Origin: Leptolyngbyaceae cyanobacterium | Lineage (GTDB): Bacteria > Cyanobacteriota > Cyanobacteriia > Phormidesmidales > Phormidesmidaceae | Direction: 5' to 3' | Assembly (NCBI GenBank): GCA_965263355.1 | Contig: CBDHHL010000053.1 | Span: forward strand, 1 to 52,076 | DNA length: 52,076 nucleotides | Shown here: positions 45,846 to 52,076 of the stretch, piece after piece | How positions within the stretch are numbered: position 1 is the first letter of the stretch | Layout: each line of letters opens with the position of its first letter | Translations under genes and position numbers: made by a program | The notes under the pieces: generated by a model | Seen by the model: only the letters and a program-made list of their open reading frames with translations | What the model was told of the DNA's origin: nothing | Database searches by the model: none

Positions 45846-48296
45846 GTGAGCGAGGTGCTACAGCCAAATTTTCAGCTAAATGAAGATTATGCAAGAGCCA
45901 TTAAAGAATATGCCATAGAGCGTTTTGGTAAGCATGAATACTTAGTTGGCTTAACTGGCTGGTTAGTCGATCATCGGAAAATACGCTATAGCGAAAAGCA
46001 AATTGACAGTGCTCTCAAAGGACAACGGTCTCATCGTGATTTGCTCAAGGGACTATGTCGCTTTATTGGTGCTGACCTAAGCAATGCAGTGTCTAGTCCA
46101 AGCTCACGGTCTTTAATAGCTCTTAATCCTCCCAAACCAGGTGATATCACCACAACCATTGGTACATTACAAAGTAATAAGGATATTGACTACATCGTCA
46201 ATAAAATATCTGGAAAAATCAGGTTTTGCTTTGAGGAAGAAGACGCTCCTTGCAGTGATAATCGTTTTACACAAGTTGATTGGATTCAAGATAACTTCAT
46301 TGATCTAGACGTCCTTGAAGTTGAACACTTACCCTCACAGAACCCCGCTGTTCCCAGTGCGAGTGCGCTTCAAAATAACGATGAGGTCAAAAAACACGAT
46401 GAGTATGACGATGAGTATGATCGTCTAAACATTAGGCCTTTGCATGCTCATAAGACAACCAGTCGAAAGTTACTCAAAAAGTACGAACGTGCATTTATAT
46501 ACGGTAATCCTGGTTCTGGAAAGTCAACTTACCTGAGATGGGCTGCTCTCAAATGCCGCGATCAAGACCCATTCGAAAAGCGGTATGTGCCCTTGTTTCT
46601 AGAAGTGCGAAATTTTACTCTTTTGGGGTCTGGCCAAACCCTAATGACCTATTTCGAATCCACCCTAGAAAAGATTGGAATTACCTCAGCTGAGCTAGAA
46701 GCAGTCAGCAGCGATGGCAGGGTATTTTTTATACTCGATGGCGTTGATGAAATTAGTAAAGCTGATTATCGACGCCTTGCAAAAATGATCAGAAGTTTGC
46801 TTACAAACTACAGTAATTGTCGTTTTCTAATTAGTTCTAGACTCGGATTTGATGTTCGCTTTCCTGGTCTTAAAAAGGTCATTATTTCTCCTTTTACCTC
46901 GAAGAAACACATACCAAAATTTGTATATAATTGGTTTAGCGGTCTTAAGGACGGAAAGAACAAGGCCGAAATGATGTTGGAAAAGTTCAGGTCTTCTGGT
47001 TACCAAAATATTCGAGAAATTGCTAGACGACCTGTTTTATTGAGGCTGCTATGCATATTATTTGAACAAGATAGCGATTTTCCCACGCGACGGGCAGATG
47101 TTTTTCAACAAGGCATTAATGCTTTAGTACAACAGTCATCTCAAGAACCTCTCAGCACTAATATAGCCGCTCATCCTGAGTTACTGCCTAACGATGTTAC
47201 TCAGATTCTTTGCCGTGTGGCCTATCTTTTCTTTGTTGATATGGAAGGCGATACATTATTCCATACTCAAGAGGTCAAAAATGTTATTCGTAGTTATTTT
47301 CATGAGACTTACAATATTCCCCAAGCGCAGATAGATGACGAACATATCCTCAATTTAATTGAGCAATATAACGGGTTGCTAGTGAGATGGGCCAATACCT
47401 TCTGTTCTTTTTCGCATTTAACATACCAAGAGTATTTTGTTGCTCATCACCTTGTTTATCAAAACCAACAGGAGCTTGTTTATGAGTTCTTTAACAACCC
47501 TCGGTGGAAATTTATTACGGAGCTAGTTGCTGAACTCTTGCCTAATGGGCAGGCTGTCAGTTTTCTTGAAGGATTTAAATCTAATGTGGATACCCTTGTC
47601 AATACTGATGAAAAGATTGAGGACTTTCTTGAAGAATTGAATAGGGGGGCATCCTTAGCTGTACATATAAGTGGAAATCCACATCCATTTACCCCCGTTC
47701 TTATTCGCGCCTGGTATTTAGCGTATGCTGTCGGGGAAGAAACGAGTAAAATTAATGGCTCGCTTCCTAATCGAGACACGTACAGTTTTCCTGACATGTT
47801 TTATGCAACCAGCATGGTCAGCAATGAAATTTTAGAGCTGCATGGCATGGTTTACGACCTATACTACTGCGTTGTTCGTCCAAATTCAGAGTCTGGTAGC
47901 TTGCAAAAGCAGATAAGCAAACTAAAACGACTTTTCAAGACAAAAGATTCTCGCAAGGTCGATACCTTTAAGAGCTGGGAAGACCAGATTAGATATCAGA
48001 TAGATAACAATTTTAATGGTGATAAGGAGCATTGGTGGACAGATAAAAACATTCGTAATGGGTGGAGAAGGCGGGTGATTTCTCTGATGGCAACTCTAGG
48101 AGTACCCTGTACTGATAGTTTGAGTCAAGCACAAACCAAGCAGTTACAAAAGTACTACACAGCTACACATCTTTTTTCAAGGTGTCTGGATCGAGCAGTC
48201 ATCAATGATAAAAAACAGAAAAAACTAGCAAGTTCAATGCTTTTGGTCGAACAAAGCCCGCAGAATAAAGGTGACTATAACAATCAATTTTTTTAA
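45846..48296 (+). CDS. NACHT (STAND) NTPase domain protein
   Basis: Walker A GNPGSGKST, Walker B FILDGVDE, ISSR, P.LL.L.C, FSHLTYQEYF. Confidence 0.9.
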   Translation: MSEVLQPNFQLNEDYARAIKEYAIERFGKHEYLVGLTGWLVDHRKIRYSEKQIDSALKGQRSHRDLLKGLCRFIGADLSNAVSSPSSRSLIALNPPKPGDITTTIGTLQSNKDIDYIVNKISGKIRFCFEEEDAPCSDNRFTQVDWIQDNFIDLDVLEVEHLPSQNPAVPSASALQNNDEVKKHDEYDDEYDRLNIRPLHAHKTTSRKLLKKYERAFIYGNPGSGKSTYLRWAALKCRDQDPFEKRYVPLFLEVRNFTLLGSGQTLMTYFESTLEKIGITSAELEAVSSDGRVFFILDGVDEISKADYRRLAKMIRSLLTNYSNCRFLISSRLGFDVRFPGLKKVIISPFTSKKHIPKFVYNWFSGLKDGKNKAEMMLEKFRSSGYQNIREIARRPVLLRLLCILFEQDSDFPTRRADVFQQGINALVQQSSQEPLSTNIAAHPELLPNDVTQILCRVAYLFFVDMEGDTLFHTQEVKNVIRSYFHETYNIPQAQIDDEHILNLIEQYNGLLVRWANTFCSFSHLTYQEYFVAHHLVYQNQQELVYEFFNNPRWKFITELVAELLPNGQAVSFLEGFKSNVDTLVNTDEKIEDFLEELNRGASLAVHISGNPHPFTPVLIRAWYLAYAVGEETSKINGSLPNRDTYSFPDMFYATSMVSNEILELHGMVYDLYYCVVRPNSESGSLQKQISKLKRLFKTKDSRKVDTFKSWEDQIRYQIDNNFNGDKEHWWTDKNIRNGWRRRVISLMATLGVPCTDSLSQAQTKQLQKYYTATHLFSRCLDRAVINDKKQKKLASSMLLVEQSPQNKGDYNNQFF

Positions 48297-48404
48297 GGAC
48301 TTTTCCTAGGGACTGGACTCTCATGTTTGAATTTCCTTGAGCTTGACCAGACCTAACATTTAGCACTTTAATCTTCAGTTAAGATATCAATCAGTGGAGA
48401 AAAT

Positions 48405-49592
48405 ATGAATATTCCGCCAAAGTTAAAATCCAATGCTTTGAATACTATCAAATCTCAGGTTGAATTGTTCGAACCCACTAAAGTGAAGTCTTCTTTTGGA
48501 TTTCTTCGGTCCAAAACCTTTTTGGTTGCTGTTGTCGTTCTTACAATGTCTACGTTAGCCATCGGGATGCAATTTATCAAACCGGATGAAGATAAACCGC
48601 TTAAAAATGGCAAGTTAGACATGGCTATCGGCATTCTTGATTCGCTATTCGAAAAAGCAGAATCAATTGCAGTCTGTTCAGCAGCTGTCCTCTTTTTTTT
48701 AGAAACTCCTGAGCGTCGTAAACGCGAACAGTATGAAGCCTGGCGGGTTGTTAATTCTGCTGTATCTCAAGCTGGTAGTGGGGGCCGCATAGATGCCCTG
48801 AAAGATTTGAAGAATAGCGGTGCTGACTTAGAAGGGTTAAGTGCTCAAAATGCTGATTTATCGCGCATCGACCTGAGTGGTGGCAGGTTATCTGGAGCCA
48901 ATTTCAAAAATTCAAAATTAGAGGATGCCAATCTCCAATCTGCTCAACTGTCAGGAGCATGTCTTCAATCTGCCCAACTGTCGCGTGCGAAATTGCAGAA
49001 AGCTAATTTGTCATTAGCCCATTTGGAAGGGTGCTGGCTGCACGAAGCTGACTTGCGAGAAACGTTATTATTAGATGCTAAATTGCACAAAGCAGACTTA
49101 CGATCAGCAAACCTGCAAAACGCTAATTTGGAAGATGCATCATTAGAGTCAGCATCGCTCTGGAATGCTAATCTGCAGCATGCTAGTTTGAAAAACGCAA
49201 AGTTACGGAAAGCATCGTTGTATGACGCCCAGCTTCAATACGCGAATTTACAGCTGGCTGACCTCAAAGAGGTAAATATGCAAGATGCTAATCTGGAACT
49301 TGCAGACCTGACAGAGACAACGTTACAAGATGCAGACTTGAGAAGTACCCGGCTCACTGGCGCTACTCTTGAAAATGCTAATTTGACCAATGCTAATCTC
49401 GAAAGTGCTAGTTTAGTCAATGCTAACTTGAAAGGCATAGACCTAACTGAGGCCAATCTTCAAAACGCTGATTTAACTAATGCCAACCTTGAAAATGCTA
49501 ATCTCAGTTATGCCAATCTTGAAGGAGCAATACTGACTGATGCTAACTGGAAAAATGTTAAGAGAGTAGAGGTTGGTGGTTGGGATGAATAA
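48405..49592 (+). CDS. Membrane-anchored pentapeptide repeat protein
   Basis: Long run of A(N/D/S)Lxx repeats after YEAW..N...GSGGRIDAL; N-terminal TM. Confidence 0.93.
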   Translation: MNIPPKLKSNALNTIKSQVELFEPTKVKSSFGFLRSKTFLVAVVVLTMSTLAIGMQFIKPDEDKPLKNGKLDMAIGILDSLFEKAESIAVCSAAVLFFLETPERRKREQYEAWRVVNSAVSQAGSGGRIDALKDLKNSGADLEGLSAQNADLSRIDLSGGRLSGANFKNSKLEDANLQSAQLSGACLQSAQLSRAKLQKANLSLAHLEGCWLHEADLRETLLLDAKLHKADLRSANLQNANLEDASLESASLWNANLQHASLKNAKLRKASLYDAQLQYANLQLADLKEVNMQDANLELADLTETTLQDADLRSTRLTGATLENANLTNANLESASLVNANLKGIDLTEANLQNADLTNANLENANLSYANLEGAILTDANWKNVKRVEVGGWDE

Positions 49593-49666
49593 GCTGTAAG
49601 GTTCTATTGGGCCAAGCCATAACGCATCGTCTATCTCAGCCATAAACTTTTTCAAATTTATTAGTT

Positions 49667-51544
49667 TTAGCTATTTTTTGTAGCAGAGTTACCTGCTCGT
49701 TTCACCCAAATCCAAAGGCGTTGTTGATAGCGTCTAAAATGGGTGATTGGGTTCAAGTATCGTCGGATTAGTCCTGGAATATCGACGACGGTATCGGCTG
49801 GTGCTTGCCATTCATCCAAACTATCTAACTCACCACTGCGATACTTATCTCGACAGATGGAACGCTGAATTTTACCGCTGGAGGTTTTGGGAATCCCCCC
49901 CGGTCTTAAAAGAACAATGGCATAAACATCGACAAAGTGTTGGTCAAATACTTGCCAACGAACGCTTTCGACCACATCCTGAGCCTTAATTTGATGGCGA
50001 TAGCTACGCTCTACTTCTTGGGCGACTACTAAGCGATCGCAACCATTCACCTTAACAGCAAAAGCCGCACCACTATTCGCCCGAAAGGCAGGATGACATT
50101 GTTCAACAGTTTGCTCAATATGTTCAGGAAAGTGGTTTAAACCCCAGAAGACAAGCAGGTCATTGAGTCTGCCCAGAATAAATAACTCATTGTTGTGGAG
50201 AAACCCAAAATCACTGGTGCGTAAAAAAGGCCCCTCACCCGTCTCTGGGAAGTAAGCCTGAAATGTTTGTACAGTTTTCTCAGGCTCATTCCAATAGCCT
50301 GTCCCCAAGCCTGCCCCTGATACCCAAATCTCCCCAACTTGGTTGGGCTTACATAGCTTCTGCGTTTTAGGATCAACAATGCAAACCTTGCTATCTAACC
50401 AGGGATAGCCACAACCGACTATTGCACGGGTGGTGGCGTTAGGAGAGTCAGCCCAAACCACACGGTTCTCTTGTAGAGCGATTTCATCCACATAACCAAT
50501 GGTGGGAGGTGCAGCTTTCTTACCCCCTGCAATAAACAAGGTGGCTTCGGCCATACCATAACAAGGATAAAAAGCCTCTTTACGAAACCCACAGGGCGCA
50601 AATTTTGTGGCAAAGTTCTCCAAGGTTTGGGGATTAATGGGTTCAGCCCCTGAAAACGCAACGTCCCAGCCACTCAGGTCTAATTGCTGCAGCTGCTTGT
50701 CAGTGACGTAGCGACAGAGCAGATCGTAGGCAAAGTTGGGTCCCCCGCTGGTGGTGGCCTGATAGCGGCTAATGGCCTGCAGCCAGCGCACAGGTTTTTG
50801 GATAAACGCCACCGGGGACATCAGCACACAGGAAGTGCCTAAGTATAAGGCCTGCAAGACATTACCAATAAGCCCCATATCGTGGAATAGCGGTAACCAG
50901 CCCATGCCCACAGCTTGCTCACTGTGTCCAAAAGCAAGCTTGAGCAGTTGTTGATTATGCATTAAACAAGCATGGGTGATCATCACACCTTTGGGTAGTC
51001 CACTGGACCCAGAGGTGTATTGCAAAAATGCCAGGTTGTCTTGGGTGAGGGCTGGTCGCCGCCAGTTAGTTGCAGTGTCAAGAGGAATTGTTTCAGGCAC
51101 AATCCACTGACAGGTCTCTGGCAGCGAGAGATCTACTGACTTCTTTAGTTGTTTTTGTAGCTTAGTCTCTAGGGATTTAGTGGTCAGAATAAGGTTGGCG
51201 TCTGCGGAGACAATACGCCCAACAACATCGGGTATGGCGTAGCGATTGCGGGGCGGATGGGTAGGCACTGCCACAATTCCCGCATACAAGCAGCCTAAAA
51301 ATGCGGTGATAAAGTCGATGCCAGCATCGTAGGGATAGACCAACAGGGCACGGTCACCAACGGTGGCTAAAGTACTCAGGTAAACGGCGATCGCCCTGGC
51401 CCGTTGGTTTAGCTGGCCATAGGTGATGGTCAGCTCAGCGGTTTCTCCATCTTTGAGAAAGACGAATGCAGTTTGGTGGGCGATTGATTGGGTGCGATCG
51501 CACACCAGATCAACCAAGGTCGGATAGGTCTCTAAAGTCTTCAT
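49667..51544 (-). CDS. Fatty acyl-AMP ligase (FAAL)
   Basis: AFLQYTSGS.G.PKG, WLPLFHDMGLIG, PCYGMAEATL, FAAL-type insertion before VGCG, IPKTSSGKIQR; ATG 51544 or GTG 51562. Confidence 0.9.
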   Translation of the reverse strand: MKTLETYPTLVDLVCDRTQSIAHQTAFVFLKDGETAELTITYGQLNQRARAIAVYLSTLATVGDRALLVYPYDAGIDFITAFLGCLYAGIVAVPTHPPRNRYAIPDVVGRIVSADANLILTTKSLETKLQKQLKKSVDLSLPETCQWIVPETIPLDTATNWRRPALTQDNLAFLQYTSGSSGLPKGVMITHACLMHNQQLLKLAFGHSEQAVGMGWLPLFHDMGLIGNVLQALYLGTSCVLMSPVAFIQKPVRWLQAISRYQATTSGGPNFAYDLLCRYVTDKQLQQLDLSGWDVAFSGAEPINPQTLENFATKFAPCGFRKEAFYPCYGMAEATLFIAGGKKAAPPTIGYVDEIALQENRVVWADSPNATTRAIVGCGYPWLDSKVCIVDPKTQKLCKPNQVGEIWVSGAGLGTGYWNEPEKTVQTFQAYFPETGEGPFLRTSDFGFLHNNELFILGRLNDLLVFWGLNHFPEHIEQTVEQCHPAFRANSGAAFAVKVNGCDRLVVAQEVERSYRHQIKAQDVVESVRWQVFDQHFVDVYAIVLLRPGGIPKTSSGKIQRSICRDKYRSGELDSLDEWQAPADTVVDIPGLIRRYLNPITHFRRYQQRLWIWVKRAGNSATKNS

Positions 51545-51600
51545 ATAGCCCGTCTTCGTCACCTTGCACCAGAGGACGTACTATAGCATTGTCTCAATGA

Positions 51601-51638
51601 AGAGGGGGAGCAGGGGAGACAAGGAGAGGGGGAGCAGG
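51601..51638 (+). repeat. Purine-rich short tandem repeat
   Basis: AGAGGGGGAGCAGG occurs twice, separated by GGAGACAAGG. Confidence 0.5.
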
Positions 51639-51672
51639 CCAAGAACAATCTACAGTAGTTGCTTTGATTGCG

Positions 51673-52076
51673 ATGCAAATCTTTAAATCTGGATTTCGAC
51701 CGTTGGTATCACCGTTATCTCTGCAAACACCAACGATTCCGTTTTGGCTGGGAGTAAGTTTTATTGCACCCCTCTATTTTGGTTCAATCTCCCTGTACCA
51801 CGTTGCTACGTCGGATTACCTTGTGCAGGATGATGCACGGTTACACATTGTGTGGCTCCACCGCCTGATGGATCCAGAGTTATTTGCTAGCGATCCCATT
51901 GCCAACTACTACACCGCTATTCAACCCGTTGGCTTCAAAAGCTTTTATGGCTTGATAGCTACCCTGGGCATTGACCCGGTTGCCTTTGCCATGGTGGTGC
52001 CGCTGATCCTGGCACTAATGGCCACGGTCTATCTATTTTGGGTGGCGCTGCTGATTTTGCCAGTGCCCATGGCTGG
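51673..52076 (+). CDS. Polytopic membrane protein, partial (runs off the window; not in the ORF track)
   Basis: Open frame from ATG 51673: YLVQDDARLHIVW...DPELF.SDPIANYY...P.GF; N-terminus resembles the 5177-6997 family. Confidence 0.75.
   Translation, partial: MQIFKSGFRPLVSPLSLQTPTIPFWLGVSFIAPLYFGSISLYHVATSDYLVQDDARLHIVWLHRLMDPELFASDPIANYYTAIQPVGFKSFYGLIATLGIDPVAFAMVVPLILALMATVYLFWVALLILPVPMA

Overview
Cyanobacterial chromosomal DNA of roughly 48-50% GC by eye. About two dozen HIP1 octamers (GCGATCGC), cyanobacterial DUF4079, GIY-YIG, pentapeptide and NACHT genes, and GTAG-type REP palindromes suggest a filamentous Leptolyngbya-like strain (inference). The window holds about 40 CDS and several decayed gene fragments; no rRNA, tRNA or CRISPR array was seen. 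Main results: (1) two tandem membrane-bound class III nucleotide cyclases (18892-22351) have reciprocal catalytic defects, predicting an obligate heterodimer like sGC alpha/beta or mammalian AC C1/C2, with a guanylate-cyclase-type Glu at the purine-selecting position. (2) A minimal poly-gamma-glutamate locus (24717-31481) comprises pgsB, an internally duplicated pgsC, a PghP-type hydrolase lipoprotein, a very acidic LTxxQ protein and a two-component system, with ~11-bp repeat arrays in two of its promoters. (3) A multi-hairpin leader precedes a small conserved ORF at 221-632. (4) An attC-like site, a plant-type threonine synthase and an AT-rich NACHT island are also present. All family calls come from motif recognition by eye, not database searches.
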